Below, one piece after another: positions 13,886 through 26,656 of a stretch of DNA of 64,000 nt. Position 1 is the first letter of the stretch. The number at the start of each line of letters is the position of its first letter. Position numbers and translations under genes: made by a program. Origin of the DNA: Octopus sinensis (lineage: Eukaryota); contig NC_042999.1 of NCBI RefSeq assembly GCF_006345805.1, positions 166,160,001 through 166,224,000 on the forward strand. Direction: 5' to 3'. Under the pieces are notes generated by a model, which saw nothing but the letters and a program-made list of their open reading frames with translations, had not been told where the DNA came from and ran no database searches.

Positions 13886-14941
13886 TGTTACACCTTGAAC
13901 GGCCGGAGAAAGTTCAGGTCAGCCCGTTCTCACTAATCTGTAAGTGCTGAGAGAAGAAAACAAAAAAACTTGTAGCGATACTGATATCCTCACTCTTTGA
14001 GAGACACAACAAGAATGATCTCGTTTGAGGTTACAACCATCTTTGGCTAGTTTGACCCTGTTGTGTACACTGATCTGATTGGTTGGCATTTGGTGCGGTC
14101 TGTCTCTCTACTTATTTCGCGCCATCGTGCAAAGCTAACCAATCATGGCCTTCGGATAAGGACTGCTTCATTTGAGCCACCTTAACTCCTTAAATAGGCT
14201 AGCATTTTCACGTCTTTCGGCTTTAGACCTTTTAGGGTCTAGTCACTGACCACAGAGCCACTCAGCCATGTTCCAGTTCCAGCGACAGACGACCAGCCTG
14301 CCAGCCATTCTACTGCTCCAGCTACGGCGACGCTAATGTACACCCGCAACAGGACGTTCTCCAATCTCCGCCGCCGTCATCACCATTGTCGTCTCTATCT
14401 CCGTCGACTTCAACAACTTGTACACATCAACAACTACGCAGGTTTAACTCTACGCTGTTTGTGTGAATCTTTCACCAAGAAGAAACAGTTGCAGAACCTA
14501 TTTGTTATCAAGAGACTCGGCACGGCATGATAGCCACAACTTCTACACGGGTAGTAACCGGCTCTGCCACGTGACCCACATCTTGCTATTGTGTACCTCA
14601 TGAACTGGTAAACTAACTCTATCTTTACTCAATATGCTGAGAACTTATCTCAAGCTCTGTATTTCTGTTTTATGTGCATACACTATTATTTGTACTCTCT
14701 GTCGCACACACGACCACCCAGACACAAACAATTGTCTCCTCCATACACAACACTACGCTAGCACTCACACACTTTCAATTCGCACACATTGTGAATAAAG
14801 TCTTTTCTTTCTCAAACAGTAGAACGGTTTGTTGTCCTCCTTTATACCTTTTGGCACAGTATTATGCTAGGGAACGACCGTGCGGCGTACAAAAGGAGAC
14901 ATTTGTCACCAACTCCTTACGTGCAGTCGTTTAACCCTACA
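13886..14941 (+). mobile_element. Solo LTR-like element
   Basis: TGTTAC...CTACA termini, CCAAT/ATTGG boxes, TTAAATA box and AATAAA near 14791. 14040-14560 is homologous to the reverse complement of 27450-27960. No TSD found. Confidence 0.6.
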
Positions 14942-15104
14942 GACTTTAAATTTAAATTTTAAAATGCTGATTTTTCTACAACTAAAAATTCTTCAAGACG
15001 GTGCCTCAGCATGGTCGCAGTCCAATGACTGAAACAAGTAAAAAGATTTTTAGAAAATAAAAAAAAACGAAGAATAAGGAAGAATATAATTGAGGTGGGT
15101 TATA

Positions 15105-15647
15105 AAAATTTCAAGAGATTTGGCAGTTATTTCTAGCCTGTGGGGAGACCTTCTAGGCTTAACTTCATGTGCTGGTTGAAAATCATTAAAAAAAGTTCTG
15201 GAGTTGATATATTCAGCTAAAAATTCAGCATGGCCGCAGTCTAATGACAGCAACAAGTAAAAAAAAAAAATTAAATATATCACAGAGGTGGTTTTGATCA
15301 GGCTTAAAAACAAATTCTGGGTTTTATACAGCCATCTAAAAATTCTTCAAGATGGTGGTCCTAATAACTGTAACAAGGGAAGGAAAATATATAAAAAAAA
15401 TTCTGGCGTCGATACATTCAACTAAAAATCCTTCAAGGTGATGTCCCAGCATGGCCGCAGTCTAATGACTGCAAAAGTAAAAAGGAGAGAAAAAATTCTG
15501 GCGTCGATACGTTCAACTAAAAATCCTTCAAGGTGATGTCCCAGCATGGCCGCAGTCTAATGACTGAAACATATAAAAGGCGGCTTTTGTCCTAGAAGGC
15601 TTTTGTCATAGGGGGCTTTTGTCATAGAGGGCTTTTGTCAAACACTC
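15105..15647 (-). repeat. Right arm of imperfect long inverted repeat (partner 10281-10780)
   Basis: Mirror of the left arm, with one extra tandem 96-bp SINE-tail unit and four GGCTTTTGTC subterminal repeats. Ends ACACTC. Confidence 0.8.
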
Positions 15648-15654
15648 ATATGTA

Positions 15655-15860
15655 TATATATATGACCCCGTGAGCACCGCCAGCAATTTTTTTTCTTCTG
15701 TCTTCCCTTCTTGGGATCTTTCTTCTTTGTTTCCGACGAAGAGCTCCGCTCGAGACGTTAAACCCTCCTTCCCTTCTTTCCTGAGCGTCCAATAATACTT
15801 TATTTGTTCCACGTCCTCGCGTTGCTGTGTTTTTTTTGTGTTTTCTTGTTTGGATTAACT
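15655..15860 (+). mobile_element. Penelope-type tail (solo pLTR-like) in TA microsatellite
   Basis: Contains a minimal hammerhead fold followed by a T-rich tail. (TA)n on both sides. Confidence 0.55.
15729..15763 (+). ncRNA. Minimal type-I hammerhead ribozyme, probably inactive (C4 variant, A14G)
   Basis: GTTT-CCGACGA-A-GAGC(TCC)GCTC-GAG-ACGT-T-AAAC. Helix I GTTT/AAAC, helix II GAGC/GCTC, palindromic helix III ACGT. Confidence 0.6.
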
Positions 15861-15869
15861 TTATATATA

Positions 15870-15900
<31 letters not shown>

Positions 15901-15901
<1 letters not shown>

Positions 15902-16201
15902 GAGACGCAATGGCCCAATGGTTAGGGTAGCGGACTTGCGGTCGTAGGATCGCGGTTTCGATTCCCAGACCGGGCGTTGTGAGTGTTTATTGAGCGAAAA
16001 CACCTAAAGCTCCACGAGGCTCCAGCAGTGGGTGGTGGTGAACCCTTCTATACTCTTTCACCACAACTTTCTCTCACTCTATCTTCTGTTTGCCTGCTCG
16101 CTTAGCCAGCGGGATGGCGTCATTTGAAGGCTAAAACAATGCGAAGCGCATTGTGACCAGCGATGTGTAGTATCATCTGATAGCCTGGTCGGTCACGGTG
16201 A
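15901..16201 (+). mobile_element. Full-length tRNA-derived SINE
   Basis: A box TGGCCCAATGG, B box GTTTCGATTCC, central TGAGCGAAAACACCTAA box, (TA)n tail. Confidence 0.9.
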
Positions 16202-16232
16202 TATATATATATCTATCTATATATATATATAT

Positions 16233-16269
<37 letters not shown>

Positions 16270-16289
16270 GTATATATGTATATGTAAAT

Positions 16290-16322
<33 letters not shown>

Positions 16323-16407
16323 GTATATATATCTATATCTATATATTATATATATATATGTATATTATATATATATATATATTGTATATATATATATGTA
16401 TATATAT

Positions 16408-16464
<57 letters not shown>

Positions 16465-16479
16465 GTAGTATATTATATG

Positions 16480-16568
<89 letters not shown>

Positions 16569-16692
16569 GTGGTGTATATATATATATATATATATATGTG
16601 TATATATATATATATATATATGTGTGTCTATATATATATATTATATATATGTGTGTGTATATATATATATATATAGTGTGTATATATATATA

Positions 16693-16733
<41 letters not shown>

Positions 16734-16791
16734 ATATATATATATATATATATGTGTAATATATATATATATGTGTATATATATATATATA

Positions 16792-16832
<41 letters not shown>

Positions 16833-16836
16833 TATA

Positions 16837-16894
<58 letters not shown>

Positions 16895-16930
16895 ATATAT
16901 AGATATATATCTATATATTGTGTGTATATA

Positions 16931-16971
<41 letters not shown>

Positions 16972-17076
16972 AATATATATTATATATGTATATATATATA
17001 TATGTGTCTATATATGTATATATATATATATCTATATATATATATATATATGTATATATATGTATATATATATATA
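16201..17076. repeat. (TA)n microsatellite with TG interruptions
   Basis: Directly visible. Y/I-rich ORFs are artefacts. Confidence 0.98.
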
Positions 17077-18197
17077 GGAGATAATATAAAAATATATGCA
17101 TACATACAAACATATATGTACGTACCTACATCTACATGTATATATACATGCATATATAAATAATTATACGGAAGTACAGGACATCACAATGAAGACGTAG
17201 AACAGAAAAAAGCCAAAAAAACAAAAAAACAAGAAAACGGAAAACGAAAACCAAATACAGGACAGGTTACACAAGGACCAAACCCCCGTCATCAGCTGTC
17301 GCTAGAGGAGTCAGGCAGTTCGAAGGCATAACAGAACACTAATCCAATAGGCCTTCCTGCGAGAGAATTAAAATAAAATTTCAAGCAGCGGGGCACAATG
17401 AGTACGAACCAAAACAAGACGTAACAATAAGACTGCAAAATTAAAATACATGTACAAAAACAAACACAAGAGGACGAACAAAAAGCCTTTTTCTGGCATA
17501 GACAAACAATAAAACTGCAAAAATAAAAATACATATACAAAAAGTACAATTAGTTACAAAACGAGAAAATAACAAGAATACTATACAGGAAATTAACCGA
17601 CAAGGGGCGACAACGAAGAAGCCTTTTTTCTGGCAAGGACGAAAGTGTAGTAGCAGCGCGTGGAGGCAGTCTTTCAATAGTGGTAACCACGTAAAGGAAT
17701 TTTGTTTTATAGGCAAGGAAGAGGGAAGGAGGAGGGGGACACGCGGCGAAGAGAGAGGGGAGAGGGGGAGGGAGAAAGATTGAAGAGGTTAAAAGAAAGG
17801 GCAAGGGAGAGAGTACCGCATCTTCAATATAATAATATTAATATAAAAAAAGGGGACCAAGAAGTGGATCGAAACGACGAATCGGAACGAACCTGATGCG
17901 GGGCGCTGTCAGACATAAGGAGATAAATAAAAATATATGCATACATACAACATATATGTACGTACCTACATCTACAGTATATATACATGCATATATAAAT
18001 AATTATACGGAAGTACAGGACATCACAATAAGACGTAGAAACAGAAAAAGAAAAAAGCACAAAAACAAAAAAAACAAGAAAAACGGAAACGAAAACCCAA
18101 ATACAGGACAGGTTACACAAGGACAAAACCCCCGTCATCAGCTGTCGCGCTGAGAGTCAGGCATGTTTCGAAGGCATAACAGAACACTAATCCAATA
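17077..18197. repeat. Element bounded by about 275-bp direct repeats (17077-17349, 17919-18197)
   Basis: Both repeats run GGAGATA..GGAAGTACAGGACATCACAAT..CAGAACACTAATCCAATA. Period 842 bp. (TA)n on both flanks. Confidence 0.85.
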
Positions 18198-18316
18198 TAT
18201 ATATATATATATTATATATATTATATATAATATATAGTATATATTATTATGTATATATGTATATATATATATATAGTATATATATATATATATATATTTA
18301 TTTATTATATAGAAGG

Positions 18317-18367
18317 AGCTTCTACAGGACTAGTACTGTTTCATTCAAGAGAAATCTTCAGGAAGCT
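18317..18367 (-). ncRNA. Type-I hammerhead ribozyme (canonical core)
   Basis: Exact reverse complement of 21060-21110. Confidence 0.85.
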
Positions 18368-18753
18368 ATTTAACAAGAATTGTATTAGCATTTATACATT
18401 TAGGCAGGTTTAAAGGAGTGGGGGTGGGGGGGACTTTTTTGGGGGTAGCATAGCGCAAAATATCATACTTGGGGGAGTGGTCAAGGAGTCGTGGTAAGTT
18501 AGATGAAAGAATAGATAAATAAAAAAATAAAATAATAAAAAAATAAAAAAATAAAAAATAAAAAATAAAATAAAAAATAAAAAATAAAAAATAAAAAATA
18601 AAAAATAAAAAAATAGAAAAAATAAAATGTGTGCACATACATACATAAACACATATACATACACACACACATACGTACACATGTGTGCCTATACATACCT
18701 ACACATACACACATACACATACATATATATATACATATATATACACACACATA

Positions 18754-18785
<32 letters not shown>

Positions 18786-19223
18786 CACACATATATATAT
18801 ACACACAATCCAATACAGGCCCATTCCCTAATTTTAATTTTATTATCTTCATTTATTACTTTTGTTATCTTTGATCGCTAGAGCTAAGGATCCTGGCGAT
18901 GGCAGCATGTCCAAATTGTCTGTCTACTAGAAGGCAAGTGCTCGTTCCCGCACGCACACTCATTAGCACGTACATACACCCATTTGTACACTCATACACA
19001 TACACGTACGCACGCGTTATATTCATACATACAAACATCTACATACGTTCACGTATATACACATACGTACTCGTACCTACAGATTCATCTCTACACTTTA
19101 GGAGGCTAGTCTATATATATACACCAATAAATATACATATATATATATATACATACATTATATATATACACATATCACATACACAACACACGCACAATAT
19201 ATACTCCTACATACAGATACATA

Positions 19224-19286
<63 letters not shown>

Positions 19287-19441
19287 ACACATCCATGTAC
19301 ATATATAATTATATACATATACAACATATATATATATATATACGTACATACATATAATACATATACATACATACATACACACACACCCATATATATTACC
19401 CACACATACACTACACATAATATACATACACAAACATATAT

Positions 19442-19478
<37 letters not shown>

Positions 19479-19604
19479 TACACAAATACATACACACACC
19501 TACATACATATACACACAAACACATACATACGTAAACATACATACATACATACATCCATACATCCATACTTACATGCACTTATACGCATACACACACCCC
19601 CATC

Positions 19605-19636
<32 letters not shown>

Positions 19637-19766
19637 GTGTGTATGTATGCATATATGTATGTATGCATGTATATGTGTATGTATATATGTGTGGAAGTGT
19701 GTGCATATATGTATATGTAAGTATGTGCGCGTGTATGAGTATGTATGTATGTGTGAGTTGTGTATA

Positions 19767-19818
<52 letters not shown>

Positions 19819-20162
19819 ATATATATCTATATATAATATATATAGATGGGGGGGTGTGTGTATGCGTATAAGTGCATGTAAGTATGGATGTATGGATGTA
19901 TGTATGTAGTTTACGTATGTATGTGTTTGTGTGTATATGTATGTAGGGTGTGTATGTATGTGTGTATATATGTATATATATATATATATGTGTGTATATA
20001 TGTTTGTGTATGTATATATATATTGTAGGATGGTGTGTATATATATGGGGTGTGTGTGTATGTGTGTATGTATATGTATATATATGTATGTACGTATATA
20101 TATATTATATATGTATGTAATGTATATATATATATATATGTACATGGATGTGTGGGTTATAC

Positions 20163-20224
<62 letters not shown>

Positions 20225-21059
20225 TATGTATCTGTATGTAGGAGTATATATATGTGCGGTGTGTGTGTATGTGTATATGTGTATATATATATGTATGTAT
20301 ATATATATATATGTATATTTATTGGTGTATATATATAGACTAGCCTCCTAAAGTGTAGACATGAATCTGTAGGTACGAGTACGTATGTGTATATACGTGA
20401 ACGTAGTAGATGTTTGTATGTATGAATATAACGCGTGCGTACGTGTATGTGTATGAGTGTACAAATGGGTGTATGTACGTGCTAATGAGTGTGCGTGCGG
20501 GAACGAGCACTTGCCTTCTAGTAGACAGACAATTTGGACATGCTGCCATCGCCAGGATCCTTAGCTCTAGCGATCAAGATAACAAAAGTGATAAATGAAG
20601 ATAATAATTAAAATTAGGGAATGGGCCTGTATTGGATTGTGTGTATATATATATGTGTGTATATATATTATAGTATATATAATATATATATATATGTGTG
20701 TGTATATATATGTATATATATATGTATGTGTATGTGTGTATGTGTAGGTATGTATAGGCACACATGTGTACGTATGTGTGTGTGTATGTATATGTTTATG
20801 TATGTATGTGCACACATTTTATTTTTTCTATTTTTTTATTTTTTATTTTTTTATTTTTATTTTTTATTTTTATTTTTTTATTTTTTTATTTTTTATTATT
20901 TTATTTTTTTATTTATCTATTCTTTCATCTAACTTACCATGACTCCTTGACCACTCCCCCAAGTATGATATTTTGCGCTATGCTTACCCCCAAAAAGTCC
21001 CCACCACACTCCTTTAAACCTGCCTAAATGTATAAATGCTAATACAATTCTTGTTAAAT

Positions 21060-21110
21060 AGCTTCCTGAAGATTTCTCTTGAATGAAACAGTACTAGTCC
21101 TGTAGAAGCT
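21060..21110 (+). ncRNA. Type-I hammerhead ribozyme (canonical core)
   Basis: AGCTTC-CTGAAGA-T.TTC(TCTT)GAA.T-GAA-ACAG(TACTAGTC)CTGT-A-GAAGCT. 6-bp helix I, CUGAAGA and GAAA cores, 4-bp helix III, GUA cleavage triplet (cut after 21104). Confidence 0.85.
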
Positions 21111-21194
21111 CCTTCTATATAATAAATTAATTTTACTCTGCTATGTATTGAGTACCTTACTTACTGTGGTTAACCCCGGATCAACCGGGACCTA

Positions 21195-21225
21195 CATATA
21201 TTATATATATATATATATGTGTGTA

Positions 21226-21269
<44 letters not shown>

Positions 21270-21376
21270 GTGTATATATATGTATATAATAATATATATA
21301 TATATATTATATATATATGTGTATATATATGTATATATAATATATATATATATAATAGTGTATATATATATATATG

Positions 21377-21445
<69 letters not shown>

Positions 21446-21520
21446 GTGTATATATATATGTGTATATATATATATATATGTATATTATATATATATGTGT
21501 ATATATATATTATATATATG

Positions 21521-21551
<31 letters not shown>

Positions 21552-21582
21552 TATATATGTTATATATATATATATATGTATG

Positions 21583-21614
<32 letters not shown>

Positions 21615-21817
21615 TATATGTATATAACTATATATATATATATATATATGTATATAATATATATGTATGTATAATATATATGTATGTGTATATATATATA
21701 TGTATGTATATAGATATATATGTATGTATTATATATATGTAGTATATATATATATGTATGTAGGTATATATAATATGTATGTATATATATATATGTATGG
21801 TATAATATATATATATG

Positions 21818-21899
<82 letters not shown>

Positions 21900-21953
21900 T
21901 TATGTATTATATTATATATGTATATATATATAATGAATATCATATATATATTG

Positions 21954-22020
<67 letters not shown>

Positions 22021-22238
22021 GTAATATATATCTAATATGTATATTAATATATATGTATATATGTATATATGTATATATATATATATATGTATATATATTA
22101 TATATGTATAAATATATATATATGTATATATATATATATATGTATATATGTATATATAATATATATATGTATATATGTATATATATGTTATATATATATT
22201 ATATGTATATATATATATATATGTATAATTATATATGT

Positions 22239-22272
<34 letters not shown>

Positions 22273-22275
22273 CAC

Positions 22276-22306
<31 letters not shown>

Positions 22307-22325
22307 GTATATATAATATAATATG

Positions 22326-22417
<92 letters not shown>

Positions 22418-22572
22418 GTATATATATATATATGTATATATGATATAATATATATATGTATATAGTATATATGTATATGTATTATATATATATATATATA
22501 TGTATATATATGTATATATATATATATGTATATGTATATATATATGTATATATATATGTATAATATATATAT
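21195..22572. repeat. (TA)n microsatellite
   Basis: Directly visible. Confidence 0.98.
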
Positions 22573-24910
22573 AAATCCTTAAATCCTTAAAATGTTTTAG
22601 CCCGAAGGCCGCGGCCATGCTGGGGCACCACCGCTGAATGAGCTACACTAGTGTGTGAATCCACCCTGATACGTGGCACTTGATCAACAAGGGAGTTCGA
22701 TGCTGCTGCCCGCATCCGCGTCTCCGTTGTCGTGAGGTAGGTTCATCTGGGACTTCCAACAAGAGAGAGATCCAGTTTAGTTTTTAAAGAAACCCACATC
22801 ACCACACCATGTAAAGTCTCTCAGGCATTTAGGGAGGATGTTAAAAAGCTGTGGTCCTCTGAAACCCAAGCTGTTGCAGTATCTGGACCTGTATTTTGAT
22901 GGTGATGTTGGAATCCTTGGCACCACGCAGCGGCGCCCCGTTCTTCGGTTGGAGTAACTTTGAATGCCAAAGTTTGGGACAAGACCCTCCAGGATTTTCC
23001 AGATGTATATCACTTCATATCTCTCCCGCCTCCGCTCCAGAGAGAAGAGGTTTAATACCTTCAGTCTTTCCCAGTAGCTGACATTTTGCATTGAGACGAT
23101 TTTCTTTGTGTAGCTTCTCTGAGTTGCTTCGAGTTCTGCTGTTTGTTTTATATTGTGTGGTGACCAAAGTTGGGAGCAGTAGTCCAAGCGGCTGAGGACA
23201 AATGTTTTCCATAGGACCATCAGTGTCTCCTTCTCTCTTGTTCTGAAAGTTCGGAGAATCCATCCAGCTAGCCGTCTGCATTTTATCACCAGATTAGCAA
23301 TATGCATTTGGAAAGATGCATCATTGCTCATGTCAATGCCCAGGTCACGCACTGATTTTGACTCGGGGATTGCAATTCTTCCTGGGCCAGTGTATCCAGT
23401 CTTCACGTCATTACCTTTGTGTGCCAGTAGCGCAGAGCCTGGCTGGAACTTACCTGCATTAAACTGCATGTTGTTGTCCTCAGCCCACCTTATATTGTGT
23501 CCAGCTCATGTTGCAGATGCGCAATATTTTCAGGGTTTTGTATTGCGTGGGAGACTTTTGTGTCATCTGCATAGCTAGCAGGGTGGTCATCGTAGCAACT
23601 GAAGGCATGTCTGAAAGGGCCACTATGAACATCAGTGGCCCAAGACAGTGCCCTGTGGGACACCGCTTGTTATTTGCGTTTCCTTGGAGGTGGCTCCATT
23701 GCTCACAACTGCCTGTTTTCTGTCTTTTAGGAAGTTGTGCAGCCCACTCTCCAAGTTTCCCGCCTATGCCGAGACCACGCAGTTTGTGACAGATCATACC
23801 ATGGTCGACCTTATCAAAGGCTTTTGCAAAGTCAAGATATATTACATCCACATTTGAGCCATTTAGTAGCTGTTTTCAACACCCAGTCATAGTGTTACAG
23901 GAGCTGTGTTAGGCAGCCTCTACCTGGTCGAAATCCATGCTGGGTGTCAGATGTAAGTCATTTTCTTCAAGGAACATGATTAGTTTCTTACGGACTATTC
24001 GTTCCATGATTGCTGATGTGTGAGGTCAGAGAGATAGGCCTATAATTTTAGCATCTGCTCTGCTACCTCCCTTATGGATAGGCATATACCCCCTCTTTCA
24101 GTTTGACTGGGAGCTTACCACTTGCAAGAAAGCTCTGAAAAAGAAGCTGTAGCGGTTTTGCAAGGGCTCGTTTGCACGATTGAGAAGGATCGCTGGGAAT
24201 CCATCAGGTCCAGCAGCTGAGTTTGTGTCAATCTCATCAATGGCTAGTGTGATATGATCTTCTTCGATGTTGATGTACTCAATTTTTGTCTCTTTGGCCG
24301 CTGGTAAAGTGGCAAAGAATTCTTCTGGGTTGTTTACTTGCCTGTGTCCTAGAGGTGTAGTGAACACACTTTGGAACTGTTCGTTCAGTATTTCACTTAT
24401 CCTCGTGGGATTTCCTGTGAGAGAGCCATCTTTTTGGAGAGGTCCTATTCTCTGGTGCACTGTGGCTGTCTCTTTGGCAAACTTAAAGAAAGCTTAGGGT
24501 TTGATTTTATATTTTCTATTCCCAAGCTTCTTTATCTGCTCTCTCCTTTTCATGGGACTGATGTAGACTTTTCTCAGTTTCCATTAGCATTCTTCGAGCC
24601 GAGGCTTCTCACCACTTTTGGTGTGCTTGCTCAGGCGGTTTGCAATCTTTGTCCGTCGTCTCATAAGAATCCTCCTTTCTCTAGGGATCCTGTTTTTGTT
24701 CTTGTGTGTGCTGGCCCTGCACATTGGGACATATTTGTCACATATGGCTTGTATTATGGACATGAAGTGTGTGTTTGTGTTTCATGTTAGTCCGGTGTGG
24801 AGACATTCAGGCCAATCCTGTTTGAGGATCTCTTTCTCAATCGACTTCCAGTTGGCTTTATGAAAGTTTAAGTTGGAGAGATGGTGGGTGAGCTTCGTAT
24901 AGGCTGTGTG
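22573..24910 (-). mobile_element. 5'-truncated CR1/L2-group (Jockey superclade) LINE, ORF2 RT region, frameshifted
   Basis: AAGPDGFPAILL, DVIYLDFAKAFDKVDH, VRDLGIDMS, SRLDYCSQLWSP and SLERRRERY motifs in consecutive minus frames. 3' tail (AAGGATTT)2. (TA)n on both sides. Confidence 0.95.
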
Positions 24911-24924
24911 TCTGCGGGGCTTTT

Positions 24925-24935
24925 ATATATGTATA

Positions 24936-24986
<51 letters not shown>

Positions 24987-25395
24987 ATATATATGTATGT
25001 ATATATATATATATGTGTATATATATATGTATGTATATATATATGTATGTATGTATATATATATGTATGTATATATATAGATATATATGTATGTATATAT
25101 ATATATATATGTATGTATATATATATATGTATGTATATATATATATAATGTATTATATATATATAGATATATATATTATATATATAGATAATATGTATAT
25201 GTATATGCATATATATATATATATGCACACACACACACATATATATCATATATATCCACATGTATATGCATATATATATATATATGCACACACACACACA
25301 TATATATTCATATATATCCACATATATATGTGTGTATATATATAAGCATATATACATATTTATAGACGCACGCACACATATATGTATATAATATA
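24925..25395. repeat. (TA)n/(TG)n microsatellite
   Basis: Directly visible. Confidence 0.95.
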
Positions 25396-26265
25396 CTTCA
25401 TATTGAAGTTTCATTATTTTTCAGTTTTGATGTTAAGTCTAACAACGCGCCCATTTTAAGACACAAAATCCTTAAAGCCACACTTGACCAGCAGTTAGAA
25501 GCAGTTAGTTTACAAACAGTGCATTAGATGCAACGTGAATTATGCCAATCCTGTCTGGAGTGTCAAGTTTCCCCACAGCAAAGTGCAAGAAAACTACCAA
25601 ACATAACGATGGTAAAGTTGCGACATAAAGCAGGTAAATATATCTCAGATCACACCCGAATGCTTTAAGTAAAATGGAAAGACATATTGAGCAAATAATC
25701 CTGGATATACAAACAAACCGGATGGTCATATGTAGGACGTCTTTATGTCGCCGAGTGACTCGGTTAGGGCTGTCTTGATGCGTTTATTTATCTATTTTGT
25801 AAATTATAATTATAAGCAAACTAGCTCGTTACGAAAATCTCTATAAGAGACAAAAGCGGTATCTATACTGAGAAGTAATGTTTATTGCTATCTAAACATA
25901 ATGTTCTCTAAGAACAGACGATACAACTATTTTAACCCCAGAAGGACGTCTCCTCCAGTTGGATATTCAGTGTGCTTCACACTCGATATATATATATTGC
26001 AAGCGAGAAGAGAACTCCCTACTATTCAAGCTATTGAAACTCCCTGACCACGCGGTTTCGACTATATTATGGTCATCCTCAGTGATGGATACTTGTCTGC
26101 TAGACATAGCAGTAGTTCGCCACAGCTTGTAATATACAGAAAATAAATGACACATAGTTACTGATTTTGCAACATGTAAACTAACTAGTTAAGGAAATCT
26201 CTATAAAAGACAAAAGCAGTATCTATACTGAAAAGCAATGTTTATAAACTTTAAGTTAGTAAACC

Positions 26266-26420
26266 TTTAAGCGTTCACCGTGTATTGGCTAAAGGAAATA
26301 GTCTAATATTGGGTCATATAAGCCCTCGACAGAATAAAAAGTAGGTATTATCAGTCGAGGGCTTATATGTCCCAATATTATGCTATTTCCTTTAACCAAT
26401 AAACGGTGGACACTTATAAG
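26266..26420. mobile_element. Small hairpin MITE-like element
   Basis: Arms TCACCGTGTATTGG..ATATAAGCCCTCGAC (26275-26330) and GTCGAGGGCTTATAT..CCAATAAACGGTGGA (26354-26409) are imperfect reverse complements around a 23-nt loop. Confidence 0.75.
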
Positions 26421-26656
26421 CTTAAAGCTTGTAATCATTATTGTTTACAGAATTTTCACTCGTCACCGTTTCTTCATCTAACGCAGAATTTATTCATTTT
26501 ATATTACATTTTATCACCTACGATGGGCTGTAATAAGGCAGGCAGCAAAGCAAGTAAGCCTTACATTTTATGAACAATAGTGTCATTAACCACAGATTTC
26601 GAAGGAGCTACGCAGTGGAATCGATTCCGGAAACACGTCTGAGACGGACACCTAAA

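Larger units (their letters stand above)
18300..21127. repeat. 2.8-kb palindrome (arms 18300-19605 and 19844-21127) with terminal hammerheads
   Basis: The same peptide MAACPNCLSTRRQVLVPART.. appears on + (18899) and - (20549). The arms are reverse complements apart from microsatellite/homopolymer length and a few substitutions. Confidence 0.95.

Noticed and set aside
15400-15640. Spaced short repeats superficially like a CRISPR array
   Set aside because: These are tandem SINE-tail units and subterminal transposon-like repeats in eukaryotic DNA, with no unique spacers or cas genes.
15901-15975. tRNA-like heads here and at 30019, 33054, 62185 and 63110
   Set aside because: These are SINE heads with A/B boxes that continue into SINE bodies. 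No complete cloverleaf was identified, so they are not called tRNA genes.
18125-18180. CGAAAC..CTGATGA in type-II hammerhead order on the minus strand
   Set aside because: No valid U16.1-H17 site, helix II would open with a C-C mismatch, and the other repeat copy lacks GAAA.
16254-25414. Dozens of Tyr/Ile/Cys/Val-rich ORFs
   Set aside because: (TA)n and (TG)n repeats lack stop codons, so these are artefacts. The same applies at 31.9, 41.3, 44.3, 46.8, 49.2, 51.5 and 57.4 kb.
25420-26160. Non-repetitive segment with short ORFs and a roughly 70-bp direct repeat (25820-25890 / 26178-26245)
   Set aside because: Candidate exons contain stops in all tested frames, and no homology was recognised.
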